IMG/VR virus record: IMGVR_UViG_3300027708_001637
Direction: 5' to 3' (one strand)
Length of the DNA: 64,000 nucleotides
Source of the DNA: a virus
A model generated the notes under the pieces. It was not told where the DNA came from. It worked only from the letters and a program-made list of their open reading frames with translations, and made no database searches. This document shows positions 16,574 through 26,555 of this stretch, in pieces; the first letter of the stretch is position 1; each line of letters starts with the position of its first letter. A program made the translations under genes and the position numbers.

Positions 16574-16846
16574 TTAAGTAGGATTGCTTAGATGATATAA
16601 TATTATACATTGCTCCAGTGCTTTTTGCAAGGCAGGATTAGTCTTTGCTGCTCGACGAATTTCGTTCCACAGCTTGTCTTCTCGAATATGATCAATTAAA
16701 GGCCTGCCATCACTGGTACGAGTATCTACAGGTTTTTTATATTGATAACCAACTAAATTCCTATCTAATTGACCCGCTTCTCTGGTGTAAATTTCTTCAC
16801 CACTGCGTTCGTAAATTAAGGTTGCCCCTGGTGTAAGATTTCCCAT
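16574..16846 (-). CDS. hypothetical protein
   Basis: 90 aa ORF in operon. Confidence 0.65.
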   Translation of the reverse strand: MGNLTPGATLIYERSGEEIYTREAGQLDRNLVGYQYKKPVDTRTSDGRPLIDHIREDKLWNEIRRAAKTNPALQKALEQCIILYHLSNPT

Positions 16847-16849
16847 AAA

Positions 16850-17353
16850 TCACCAGCATTTAGTAAAATCTACCAATTCACTTTGGCGACTGACTTCTTT
16901 TACAAAGTATGCGCATCGAGGTGAAGGTCCAGGTTCTAATGGAGTGCATAACAATTGACCAGGACGCATTTTAGGAAAGTACCATTTAACATCTTGATAA
17001 ACATCAATAATATCAATATCTAAAAATTCTGGTCTAAAACTGCTGCGTGGATTGAAACAAAATGTTCTAAATCCTCGGTCGTTCAAACTTGTTAAAGGCA
17101 ACACTTCCATGTCAGGGCCCTCAGGATCGCCTACAATAGTACACCAATCCAACGGCATAGTAACTTCATGTGGGCCTATTTGTAATACCACTGCTGGACC
17201 TGTAAAACTTTCTAAAAAGATTAAAGGAATAAAGAAATGATCAGGGTTTGAACTATCGCTATTATCTAACACAGCAAACCTCAAATCGTCTTCTATTTCA
17301 TTAGGCAAGTCGTTAAGGTAATATGTTTGATTTTCTAATGTAAGTATCTGCAG
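16850..17353 (-). CDS. hypothetical protein, probable CTG start
   Basis: frame open from CTG 17353 (GGAG SD 7 nt upstream) through track start 17308. Confidence 0.6.
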   Translation of the reverse strand: MQILTLENQTYYLNDLPNEIEDDLRFAVLDNSDSSNPDHFFIPLIFLESFTGPAVVLQIGPHEVTMPLDWCTIVGDPEGPDMEVLPLTSLNDRGFRTFCFNPRSSFRPEFLDIDIIDVYQDVKWYFPKMRPGQLLCTPLEPGPSPRCAYFVKEVSRQSELVDFTKCW

Positions 17354-17378
17354 AATAATTCTCCAATTTGTTATTATT

Positions 17379-17407
17379 AGTTTACACGCCTGACATTAAG
17401 ATGTCAA
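17379..17407 (-). promoter_or_regulatory. sigma70-type promoter with overlapping palindrome
   Basis: TTGACA-17-TAAACT; TGACAT-N4-ATGTCA inverted repeat 17391-17406. Confidence 0.65.
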
Positions 17408-17410
17408 TCG

Positions 17411-18868
17411 TTAATACTTTGTTTTTTCGATTGAGAACGGGTATTTGGCATCTTTGTAAAACTTTTTACGTTCGGTAAGGTGCCTTTTGGCATATTTCGA
17501 CGCCGCTGTGATATCCCAAATTTGTACAAAGTCCTTGTCATCTGCTTTTCTAATGCCACGTCCAATGCTTTGGATAACGCGGACAAAGCTCTTTCCGGGC
17601 TCAAGAAGAACCAGATTAAAAATCCTTGGAATATTAATACCCACAGCGGCCACACCGTAAGTCGCCACAATAATCTTGTTAGTAGCAGTTTTAATTTCAT
17701 CATATTCTTCTTTGCGATCTTTTGTTTTTACTTCGCCTGATACAAATACGGCATCAGGAAGTCTTTCAATAATTCCTTTTCCAGAATCAATTCTATTAAC
17801 CAATACTAATGTGTTTCCTGTTTGAGAAATCTCTTTAATTAACTTGCTGACATAGGTCATCCTGCTATCATCAGTTACTAGATATTTTAATTCTTCTGCA
17901 TAACTACCAAATTCTTTCCACTCGGCAGTTTGAATAATATTTACGTGACAAGTGCTCAATACACCTGCTTCTTGCAAAGTATGTGCAGCAACTCGGTTTA
18001 CTACTTCACCCAAACTTGCGCGAATACTTTGAAATTCATGCTCTGCTTTAGGTATAGTCCCAGTCAATCCCCAACGTATAGGTGCGTTGGCAAGATTTCT
18101 AGTCAGCAAATTTTTAAGTACATCTGCCTTGGCCATATGCACCTCGTCCACCATAACACACTGTACATTGTCCAGCAACATTTCCAATCTAGCACAGGCA
18201 GCTTCGTCCCAATTTTTGCTATTTTTGTCCAAAATATTCAAACTTTGCCAAGTGCAAATTGTGTGAGTTTTATCAAGGTCTTTTCTGTCGCCATAGTACA
18301 CACCCACATCCAATTTACAATTAATAAAATCTTCTTCAGTTTGTTCAACAAGACTTTTGTTAGGAACGATGGTTATTGTTCGACCGTATTTTTCACATAT
18401 TTTGCTCAGTGTTGCGGTGGTAATAGTTTTACCAAAACCGGTGGCAATTTCTTGTATGCATTGTGGATTTTTTAAGAATATGTTGACTGCATCAACTTGA
18501 TCTTCACGTAATCGAATTTTTTCACCAGCAAACCTATGTCCTTCCGGCCACGTTTGATCGCCCCAAAAATCCGCCGAAATTTCAGGAAATTCTAAGGTCG
18601 TAGGTCGACGGTGATCTTCAACTTCAACGTAGAAGTTTTTACTTTCAAGATACTCTAATACAGTTGGTAACATACTAAGGTATGTAGTTCCGCCTAGACC
18701 AAAAAAACTGATAGAACCGTCCCATCGACCCAATTTATAACTGGGTCTAAAGCGGGCACTAGGGTCTTCGTACTTGAATTTTTTAACTAACGCTTTTCGA
18801 GTATCAAGATCTAAATTTTCAAATTTGACATTAACCTCGTCTTTAATAATAACTTTACAAGTTGCCAA
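17411..18868 (-). CDS. uvsW: UvsW-like SF2 DNA helicase
   Basis: ATGFGKT, VDEVH, GLTGT, QSIGRGIR motifs. Confidence 0.9.
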   Translation of the reverse strand: MATCKVIIKDEVNVKFENLDLDTRKALVKKFKYEDPSARFRPSYKLGRWDGSISFFGLGGTTYLSMLPTVLEYLESKNFYVEVEDHRRPTTLEFPEISADFWGDQTWPEGHRFAGEKIRLREDQVDAVNIFLKNPQCIQEIATGFGKTITTATLSKICEKYGRTITIVPNKSLVEQTEEDFINCKLDVGVYYGDRKDLDKTHTICTWQSLNILDKNSKNWDEAACARLEMLLDNVQCVMVDEVHMAKADVLKNLLTRNLANAPIRWGLTGTIPKAEHEFQSIRASLGEVVNRVAAHTLQEAGVLSTCHVNIIQTAEWKEFGSYAEELKYLVTDDSRMTYVSKLIKEISQTGNTLVLVNRIDSGKGIIERLPDAVFVSGEVKTKDRKEEYDEIKTATNKIIVATYGVAAVGINIPRIFNLVLLEPGKSFVRVIQSIGRGIRKADDKDFVQIWDITAASKYAKRHLTERKKFYKDAKYPFSIEKTKY

Positions 18869-20030
18869 AATTAAGTCCTTTTTGATTTTTGTTCACGTCA
18901 AAATATACCAAATTTTGGTGATTTTTCACGAAAGATTTCAGTGTGTAATGTGCGCTATCAAATCCTAAATTAATAATAGAGTTGAATCTGATTCCAGATT
19001 TAACTAGTGGTTTAGGCAGTTTGCCACTGATAAACACCACTTTTGTTTCAGTGTCAATTGGCCCATTTATTCCCATTTTTTTGACAAAATCATTGAAATT
19101 TTTACCACTTTCTGTCGGTAATCTGAATAAAACGCTCATATTTTTTTCTGCCACTCCAATGCCCTTAAGAATGCCAAATGCACGTTCAAGTTTTTCTAAT
19201 TCCGATCCGCCAGGTACAATGAACAAAGTTGGTCCCATATTTTTTAGTATGATTTCCAAGCATTTTACGTCATTTTCGCTGTTGGAAAGTTTGATTGGAT
19301 TGCCATTGTCAGAAGTTAGGAACTGTTTAATCTTGGCATCAATTTGATCACTATTCAAATACCTATCAATGTCGTCAGAGTATAATGAGACACCATATTG
19401 CCTTGCTTGGCAGACTGCACCTACTACATCAGTGGCGGTAATTTCTGGCATATTTTTGGGAGAATTCACTATTTTTAAGGTTCCGTCAACTGACGTTAAT
19501 ATGGGTGCATACTTTTCCATATTTTGAATAATGTCAGCAGTTTGATTAGCATAATGCTTAAATTGATCGTCGTAATCAAAATCAATGTCACTGCATAAGT
19601 TGGACAAAAATTGTATATTGTCTTCCCTTAACTGAAAATTCCAAGAAGTATTGTCCTTATCCCATATAATATTATTTGTAGGGTCGCTAGTTCTGTATTT
19701 TTTAATTTCTGTAATAAAATATTCGTCATACGGAAACCGTGCTTCGATAATTTTATTATCAATAATTTTGATGGAACGATCAGTCACGGTTTTTCTAATT
19801 TTAAATCTAAATTGCGGGTTTTCTAAGAACGGGCGAATATCTTTCTTCAATTCTGTAGATAATCTCTCTGCATATCTAGTAATAATTTTTACTGCCAGTA
19901 CACTTTGTTTTTCAGTGAAGCCAGTCCCGTTCATAATTTGATTTGTAAAACTATCAATAATTTTAGAATCAAATCTGTTGGGTTTGACTTGGCCAAACAT
20001 AAACTCGTTGATTAAGTCTTCAATATACAT
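18855..20030 (-). CDS. hypothetical protein
   Basis: about 390 aa ORF; ATG 20030 lies 6 nt after TATAAT. Confidence 0.7.
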   Translation of the reverse strand: MYIEDLINEFMFGQVKPNRFDSKIIDSFTNQIMNGTGFTEKQSVLAVKIITRYAERLSTELKKDIRPFLENPQFRFKIRKTVTDRSIKIIDNKIIEARFPYDEYFITEIKKYRTSDPTNNIIWDKDNTSWNFQLREDNIQFLSNLCSDIDFDYDDQFKHYANQTADIIQNMEKYAPILTSVDGTLKIVNSPKNMPEITATDVVGAVCQARQYGVSLYSDDIDRYLNSDQIDAKIKQFLTSDNGNPIKLSNSENDVKCLEIILKNMGPTLFIVPGGSELEKLERAFGILKGIGVAEKNMSVLFRLPTESGKNFNDFVKKMGINGPIDTETKVVFISGKLPKPLVKSGIRFNSIINLGFDSAHYTLKSFVKNHQNLVYFDVNKNQKGLNFGNL

Positions 20031-20036
20031 AACAGT

Positions 20037-20065
20037 ATTATACACTTATAGTGAAATATCTTCAA
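20037..20065 (-). promoter_or_regulatory. sigma70-type promoter
   Basis: TTGAAG-17-TATAAT on - strand. Confidence 0.6.
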
Positions 20066-20501
20066 GCCCTGCGGCACGTAATTTAATAATATTGCTTAAT
20101 TGCCATTGTTTAATGTCCAAACCCTTAACAATGCCTAGCCACTGATTCCGCAACATAGCAAATTCATTAATGACTTTTTCCATATCCACGACATCAGATT
20201 CGCCGTCAACATATTTTTCAACATCCCTGCTACTAAGGGCACGTTGATAGTTTTCCAGATATTTTCTAAATGTTTTACTTCGAATTCTACGTAATTCAAT
20301 ATTTAGATATTCCAGTACCGCTTCAATTTCCTGAAGTTGATTAAATCTATGCTCCACAATGCCAGGCAAGCTCGCAGAGGCTTTTTCTACGCTGCCGTAG
20401 ATTTTAACCTCTTTGCGGGCCTGCTCTAGTTCACTATAAAAATAGTCTAAACAACCTGGTAAATGCGATATGTCAGATGAGACCTTAGCATACCAAGACA
20501 T
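20046..20501 (-). CDS. uvsY: UvsY-like recombination mediator
   Basis: helical 151 aa protein with YLENYQRALSSRDVEKYVDGE, downstream of UvsX. Confidence 0.75.
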   Translation of the reverse strand: MSWYAKVSSDISHLPGCLDYFYSELEQARKEVKIYGSVEKASASLPGIVEHRFNQLQEIEAVLEYLNIELRRIRSKTFRKYLENYQRALSSRDVEKYVDGESDVVDMEKVINEFAMLRNQWLGIVKGLDIKQWQLSNIIKLRAAGLEDISL

Positions 20502-20504
20502 GGA

Positions 20505-20753
20505 TTAATCCTCGTCTTGGTATAGGTCCCAATCATCCTCGTCAACTTCTGTATCAACATCTTCGTCGCCAGCGACTAATTCGATAGCATCGTCGAGTGC
20601 TGAATCATAACCAACAAGTGCTTTTAATGTGGAAGTTTCTACATCTTTACCAAGTAAGAAATCTACAAAATGATTTGCAGCAATTTCTTTATTTTTATCA
20701 GATATATACTCTTTAAAAACATCCCAAATTTCAATAATTAGATCTTCTTCCAT
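20505..20753 (-). CDS. small acidic hypothetical protein
   Basis: 82 aa, D/E-rich C-terminus. Confidence 0.7.
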   Translation of the reverse strand: MEEDLIIEIWDVFKEYISDKNKEIAANHFVDFLLGKDVETSTLKALVGYDSALDDAIELVAGDEDVDTEVDEDDWDLYQDED

Positions 20754-20755
20754 TT

Positions 20756-21814
20756 TTATTCCTCAGTTTCTTCTATAGTTGCGGAAATACTATTACTTGT
20801 ATCTTTCCATTCAGACATCATAATAGTCAATCCATCTTTTTCGTTACGTTCCCAAGCCTTGCGGAATTGTTTGATAATTTCGCCATCTTTAGTAGTGTAG
20901 ACAAGACTATTGCCTTCTTTCTTCAATGCACCCTTACCTTCAAACAAGTCAACTAATCCACTAAACGGACTCATACCTGTTGAGTATGGAATCTCTACTT
21001 GTACACTTTCGAAAGGCTTAGAATAACGAGTTTTCATAATCTTACAAGCACTACGAATACCGTGCACTTCAGATGTTTTATTACCGTCAGCATCAGTCTT
21101 CAGTTTTAATTTACGCATAGCAACAACGATAGAACTTGCGTAAATGAATCCTTGACCGCCACTAATTTTGTCATCTGGGTCAAACATATCTTGACTTGCA
21201 TATGTGTGATTAGTACAAACCAAACCAACATTCCACGACCCAAACATATTAACGCAGTTACGAACTAGACTAGTAAGTGCCTTAGGTTTACGACCCATAT
21301 CACCCTTCATCTCGCCTGCTTCAAACTGATTAACGTCAGTTGGAGTCAACAACATACCCAACGAGTCAACTACAAACAATACTTTTGGACGCGACTCTTC
21401 AGGCATAAGTTTATACTCTTTCATAAACTCGGAGATAGTTTTTGCCACATCGTCAATCATAGCCATATTAAGTTTTAACAACTTTTCATCGCTTGTATTG
21501 ACACCTAAGTCAATTAACCATTTTTCATCAAGTGCGTTTTCGCTATCAACTAGGATAACGTAAATGCCCTGTTCCTGTGCTGCCTTAATAATATTGCCCG
21601 AGCAAATATAACTTTTCCCTGCACCACTTTCTCCAGCAAATACTGTTACCTTACCCAAAGGGACTCCTTTGAAGAAGTCCCCCGAGATAAGATAGTTTAG
21701 AGCATAATTGCCAGTGCTGATCCAGTCAGTAGGATCATTAAAACCGATTCCCAAACCATCAATACTCTTAGTGATAGATTTGCGGAATTTCGAGATATCG
21801 AAACTCTTTGACAT
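20756..21814 (-). CDS. uvsX: RecA/UvsX recombinase
   Basis: GESGAGKS, VDSENALD, VVDSLGML, SGGQGFIYASS. Confidence 0.92.
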   Translation of the reverse strand: MSKSFDISKFRKSITKSIDGLGIGFNDPTDWISTGNYALNYLISGDFFKGVPLGKVTVFAGESGAGKSYICSGNIIKAAQEQGIYVILVDSENALDEKWLIDLGVNTSDEKLLKLNMAMIDDVAKTISEFMKEYKLMPEESRPKVLFVVDSLGMLLTPTDVNQFEAGEMKGDMGRKPKALTSLVRNCVNMFGSWNVGLVCTNHTYASQDMFDPDDKISGGQGFIYASSIVVAMRKLKLKTDADGNKTSEVHGIRSACKIMKTRYSKPFESVQVEIPYSTGMSPFSGLVDLFEGKGALKKEGNSLVYTTKDGEIIKQFRKAWERNEKDGLTIMMSEWKDTSNSISATIEETEE

Positions 21815-21828
21815 AATCTATCTCCTAA

Positions 21829-22848
21829 TTAGGTGCTTTGACGATTACGAATCATTGCAATGATATCTGCTGCTCGGCTACCTGCACCACTTGCTGGTTC
21901 AGTCTTTGGAGGAGTGTTAAACGATGCTTCTGCACCTGCAACATCATCTTCCCAAGGTGGATTAGATTCAACTGCATCTTCTACAACAGGTGCTGGACGA
22001 GCCGCAGGTGCGGGACGACTTGCTGCCTGAGTTGGTGGCAAAGAAGTAGTAGTTGTGTAATTGCTACGAAGACCATCTGGCTTGTAGTAAGCACCCCAAC
22101 GCTCCATATCAAATGCTTCGCCGTCAACGGACGCTTCAAACATTTCTTTCATTACGCGAAGTTCAACATCAGTTGGTTTCTTAGGAAGGAATGTCTTCAA
22201 ATCAAACAAACCAAATTGTTTAATTGCTGCGTTTTCTGCTTCGCTCAAAGCACGTTCACGACGACTCCAATTACTGGTTGTGTAGTCAGCATAACCACCT
22301 TTACTAGTTTTAGCAATCTTGAAATCCAAGCCACGGACATAGTCTGTTGGCAATTCTTCAATTTCACTATCCATTAATGCATTCTTAACAATGTTAAAAA
22401 TTTGGCTGCTCATAATGAAACGACGAATTGGATTTTCAGGAACCTTGTCTTCTTGTAGTTTGCTATCAACTACCAAACCTTGGAACAAGTAAGACTTCTT
22501 TTTCCAGTACTTACGACCCATTTCTTCCAAAGATTTATCTTTGAACCAAGGACGAACTTCAGTAAGAATTGGGCAAGTTTCACCCCACATTTCCATACAA
22601 GGAACTTGTACAGTAACTGGTTTACTTGCTGTATCACCTTTAATACCGGCGAATGGCAATTTGATCATTGCACGTTCGATCCAGAAAAAAGTGTTGTTTG
22701 GGTCTGCGTCAGGAAGGAATCTGACTGTTGCTGTTTGACCTTCTTGGATATTCCAATGCGCATAGATTGCATTGTCGCCTCCGCCTTGGCTTGAATTTTG
22801 TTGGGATGAAGCTTGGAGCTTCGCGCGGATTTCTGCTAAAGTTGCCAT
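21829..22848 (-). CDS. gp32-like single-stranded DNA-binding protein
   Basis: VRFLPD, CMEMWGETCPI, KKSY, GLDFKI..KGGYADY, acidic/Pro-rich tail. Confidence 0.88.
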   Translation of the reverse strand: MATLAEIRAKLQASSQQNSSQGGGDNAIYAHWNIQEGQTATVRFLPDADPNNTFFWIERAMIKLPFAGIKGDTASKPVTVQVPCMEMWGETCPILTEVRPWFKDKSLEEMGRKYWKKKSYLFQGLVVDSKLQEDKVPENPIRRFIMSSQIFNIVKNALMDSEIEELPTDYVRGLDFKIAKTSKGGYADYTTSNWSRRERALSEAENAAIKQFGLFDLKTFLPKKPTDVELRVMKEMFEASVDGEAFDMERWGAYYKPDGLRSNYTTTTSLPPTQAASRPAPAARPAPVVEDAVESNPPWEDDVAGAEASFNTPPKTEPASGAGSRAADIIAMIRNRQST

Positions 22849-22900
22849 AATGTTTTGCCTTTATAAAATGTATTATGCCTCTTCTTTAAAGCCAACTGAC

Positions 22901-22941
22901 TAAAAAGAAAAATGTGTGCATACGATTAAGTATACACACAT
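22901..22941 (-). terminator. hairpin plus U-tract upstream of gp32
   Basis: ATGTGTGTATAC-TTAATC-GTATGCACACAT followed by TTTTCTTTTT on - strand. Confidence 0.6.
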
Positions 22942-22993
22942 CTATTTATCTCCACAACCTAAATGGTAGTAGAAACTGGTATTTTTTTACCAA

Positions 22994-24898
22994 TTATTTT
23001 TTAAAATCAAGCAGTCTTTTCATTGCCGAAAATTCAGATTCTGCTACATTTTCTTCTGCTGACATAATGTTATTGCCAGGTGCATGTCCATTAACTGTAA
23101 TATCTCCGCCCATTTCTTCTACTTTTGCTTTAACATTGCCTAACAATTCTTTCAAACGAGATAAGCCGTCATCCTCAATTGGACCGTGTTTCTGTTCGTA
23201 TTTTTGAGTTAATTTTTCCATAAACTCTAATGCCAGTTGTTCGCATTGATCACCAACTTCATCTCCAAACATTTCTGCGCATTTCTTTTTAATGTCTAAA
23301 GCAATGTTTGGAACACCGTTAAATGGTCCCACTGCCGGGTTGTCTTCATTAAATCGACTCTTAACTAGTTTGGCAACTTCCTTAACAACTGCTTCACGAG
23401 TTGGCATTGTCTTGTTAGGCATACCACCCTGTTCTTCATTTTCAGCAGTTGGTTCTTCAGCACCTGCTTCTGGTTCAGGCTCGGCCTGTGGAGTTCCTGT
23501 ACCGCTCATTCCTAACGCTACTGCTAGTTCAGGATAGTCTTGTTGTGCCCAGACTTTGAAAACTTCAACTGCATTTGTTTCTGGATCAACATTGGCAGCA
23601 TCTTTAAATTTATCTTCTAGATCTTCATCTTCAAGACCTAGTTCGCTAAAGAATTGCCAAGCAGTAGTTCCATCTGGACCCAATTCTAATTCAGGGCCAG
23701 TTTGGTCTTTAGGCAATGAATCTAATGCTTGTTTAAGTTCTGCGATTTGATCATCAGTTAATTTATTTTGTTCGGTAGCATCTGCCCAATCTTCAAATTC
23801 TTGTTCAGGACCTGCTTTACCGTGACTAGCAGCACCCATACCAATATCAAATGCCTCGTCAGCATCTTCTTCAGATTCATTAACAAACTCTTCTAAGTCT
23901 ACAATATTATCTTCGCTCATAATTCTATGTAGTAGCGGGAAAAATGCGCTTAGTTCTTCTTGGAAAGTAGATTGAGTAAATTTCTGTTTATACTGTTCCA
24001 TTGTGACGTCATCTAAACCGTCATCCATCATACTGGGTTCTTGGAAAGATTCCATCCAACGCTCGTAGTGTTGACGCTTGCCTAAACATTCCACCTGTGC
24101 TTTTAGTTCTTGTAAACGGCCTATGGCTCTTTCTGTAATTCCTGTTGCGTCATCGTGCAAGGTGGCTCTGTGTACTTTACGTTGAAATTCTTGTAGTTGA
24201 GCAATTTGTTCGCTCATATTGATAATTGCCTTGCCTGCTGGATCGTGCGGAATGCCGCCGTGGTCCACGTGTTGTGCCATTGCAAATGCGCCTGCTGGGT
24301 GAATGAATGGATACTTAAAACGTTCACCGTCTTGGTTTTGAATAAAAATTGCCTTGATGTTTTTCTTTTGACTGCGGGAGCCCGAGTATTCTTCATCTAC
24401 TGGTCTAGCGTGACGTACAATAACTTCTGTTTTACCAGCAACTGCACGGCTAGTTTTCTTTGTGCTTTTATTGTTCCAGCGTGATTCGTTCATAGTTGTC
24501 ATATCTTGTTGTTCCTTAGGGCCCTGGGTCGTGGCCAAATGTTGAAAATCGTTTTTATCAAGGTTTGTTTTGGCAATATCTCTAGTGTCAAAACGTAATA
24601 GTCTACGCATAGCAAAGAAACGCATTTCTTTTAAGAATTTGAACCACTCATTTTTGACTGGATCATCGTGATTTTCTGTAATGCCTTGACTGTAATAAAC
24701 TTTTAAACTACCCAAATCACCAAGGCTAATGCTAACACGGCCTAAGTTGTTGCCTTCGAAAACAAAGTCGAAATCAAAGAATACTGCTTCAGCAGGATCA
24801 ATAGTCACTGCACCAGTTTCGTCGCCCATTTCTAAATTGGAGAAACGGCTGCGAACTTTGTCAAAAAGGTCTTGGGATATTATTTGAATAGGTTTCAT
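22994..24898 (-). CDS. acidic hypothetical protein, probably head-internal/scaffold
   Basis: 634 aa, late-type CTAAATA promoter, several x-x-E-S sites resembling prohead protease sites. Confidence 0.6.
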   Translation of the reverse strand: MKPIQIISQDLFDKVRSRFSNLEMGDETGAVTIDPAEAVFFDFDFVFEGNNLGRVSISLGDLGSLKVYYSQGITENHDDPVKNEWFKFLKEMRFFAMRRLLRFDTRDIAKTNLDKNDFQHLATTQGPKEQQDMTTMNESRWNNKSTKKTSRAVAGKTEVIVRHARPVDEEYSGSRSQKKNIKAIFIQNQDGERFKYPFIHPAGAFAMAQHVDHGGIPHDPAGKAIINMSEQIAQLQEFQRKVHRATLHDDATGITERAIGRLQELKAQVECLGKRQHYERWMESFQEPSMMDDGLDDVTMEQYKQKFTQSTFQEELSAFFPLLHRIMSEDNIVDLEEFVNESEEDADEAFDIGMGAASHGKAGPEQEFEDWADATEQNKLTDDQIAELKQALDSLPKDQTGPELELGPDGTTAWQFFSELGLEDEDLEDKFKDAANVDPETNAVEVFKVWAQQDYPELAVALGMSGTGTPQAEPEPEAGAEEPTAENEEQGGMPNKTMPTREAVVKEVAKLVKSRFNEDNPAVGPFNGVPNIALDIKKKCAEMFGDEVGDQCEQLALEFMEKLTQKYEQKHGPIEDDGLSRLKELLGNVKAKVEEMGGDITVNGHAPGNNIMSAEENVAESEFSAMKRLLDFKK

Positions 24899-24906
24899 AT
24901 CTATAT

Positions 24907-26496
24907 TTAGTATGTGCTAATGTAAATGGGCATAGGTAAATCGTGTTCTTCAAGCCCGTCTTGATCCCGCATTTTGTCATAAATCAACGGATCCCATTCT
25001 TGAAGTGTCATAATCATACGAATGTTTAGCAATACACTTGATACTAGGTCATCGTGCTGCCCACCTTTGCCTTTGAATGTCACACCCTCTGCTACAAACG
25101 TTTTTAGTTCACTAATAAGCGACTTACTATAAACCTTCATTTTGTTAGTTTCAATCAACTGCTTTAATTTAGCACAGGCTGATATTTTACTATTGTGCGT
25201 AGTATTAAATCCCTTACGGAATCTACGAACATGACCACGCTTGACTGGTTCACTTAAGAATAACCCCGGGAAAGTTTCTTCACCCAATGCTTCGATAGCA
25301 ATGAGTGCGGCTTCGCCTAAAGTGTTATTTTCCACACTATAATAAATGCTAGGCGTAACACCCGCTCGTGTGCATTTTTCTTCAATGTGTTTCAACATAT
25401 CCCGCATAATACGAACTTGGCTTTGTATAGGTGTCAAGTTATGATGCCACTCTGCAACTTGTTCCATACTAGGAATTTCAAATATTTCAATAGCGCCAAA
25501 ATCCCCACCTGTTCCTAAACTAGGATCTAAACTAACAAGGTATGTAAACTTGGGATTGATCTTTTTATACCAACGGGCTTGACCCATTTTCATTTTAGGT
25601 TCAACACCTTCTAATGTAGTCAAGCACATACTGCTAATTAATGTTTCGTCAAAGATCAAAAATTTACATTCGTGTTCACGTTCAAACTGTTCGTCACCCA
25701 ACTGAGCACGCATTTCTTTGGCCCATTTTTCATCACGGTCTGGATGTTGATTCCAAATGGCCATATATGGATAGTAGCCATTTTTGCCTAGTAGTGTAGT
25801 ATTGCCAAATTCGTCAGTACGATTGTTTGCTTCATTCCAAATCAACGCAAACTGATCTTCGTCGCTGTTTGGAGTACTGGTAATAATAGCCTTACCGCCT
25901 GTTGCTAGTGTAGGAGCAATGGAAGTCCAGAACTCAGTGGCAATGTTTGGTGGAACGTATGCAAACTCGTCGCAGTATAGAAGCGATATAGACATACCAC
26001 GACCAGTTGTTTCAGTTGTTGTCTGCGCTACGATACGTGAGCCGTTTTCAAATTCAATACTTTGCTTGTTATAGCTGGTAACACCTGCACGAACAAAGTC
26101 GGGACAGGTTTCATATGCGTAACGCAAACGCTGCATAATTTCTTGTGCGCCCGAATACTTGTGAGCACAGATTAAAATGGTACTGTCTGGAACAAACATT
26201 GCGTACCATAGCAAGTATCCAACAGCAGTGGTTGTCTTTCCCATCTGTCGTCCCAACATATTAACGCTGAAACGATTTGTATGATAACTGTATAATAATT
26301 CGTCTTGGTAATCAAATGCATCGTATTTGATTTTACCTTTTTTGGCGTGTTGGATAAAGAAGAAATTCTTTAAGAAATACTTAGGCCCATCTACAGGATC
26401 CATACACGCGGCCATATGTGCCAGATCTTCATCTGTCCATCGTTGTGTTGTGTTTGCCTTTTTTATTAAGACGCCATCTAAATTTTTTGATCCCAT
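24907..26496 (-). CDS. terL: terminase large subunit (gp17-like)
   Basis: GRQMGKT, LLYCDEFAYV, ITSTPN, SLDPSLGTGGD, HDDLV. Confidence 0.95.
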   Translation of the reverse strand: MGSKNLDGVLIKKANTTQRWTDEDLAHMAACMDPVDGPKYFLKNFFFIQHAKKGKIKYDAFDYQDELLYSYHTNRFSVNMLGRQMGKTTTAVGYLLWYAMFVPDSTILICAHKYSGAQEIMQRLRYAYETCPDFVRAGVTSYNKQSIEFENGSRIVAQTTTETTGRGMSISLLYCDEFAYVPPNIATEFWTSIAPTLATGGKAIITSTPNSDEDQFALIWNEANNRTDEFGNTTLLGKNGYYPYMAIWNQHPDRDEKWAKEMRAQLGDEQFEREHECKFLIFDETLISSMCLTTLEGVEPKMKMGQARWYKKINPKFTYLVSLDPSLGTGGDFGAIEIFEIPSMEQVAEWHHNLTPIQSQVRIMRDMLKHIEEKCTRAGVTPSIYYSVENNTLGEAALIAIEALGEETFPGLFLSEPVKRGHVRRFRKGFNTTHNSKISACAKLKQLIETNKMKVYSKSLISELKTFVAEGVTFKGKGGQHDDLVSSVLLNIRMIMTLQEWDPLIYDKMRDQDGLEEHDLPMPIYISTY

Positions 26497-26510
26497 AATG
26501 TTATTTACTG

Positions 26511-26538
26511 AAAAAAATAGCCTCCGAAGAGGCTATTT
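26511..26538 (-). terminator. intrinsic terminator
   Basis: AAATAGCCTC-TTCG-GAGGCTATTT plus T tract on - strand. Confidence 0.85.
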
Positions 26539-26555
26539 GGTTTGATTGTATATGA

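Noticed and set aside
22860-22941. T4-style pseudoknot in the gp32 leader
   Set aside because: The loop TTAATC has only a weak, G-U-rich 5-bp partner downstream; not supportable.
7552-26496. Inteins or introns in helicase, RecA, UvsW or terminase
   Set aside because: Protein lengths are typical, motifs are contiguous, and no Hint or LAGLIDADG blocks are visible.
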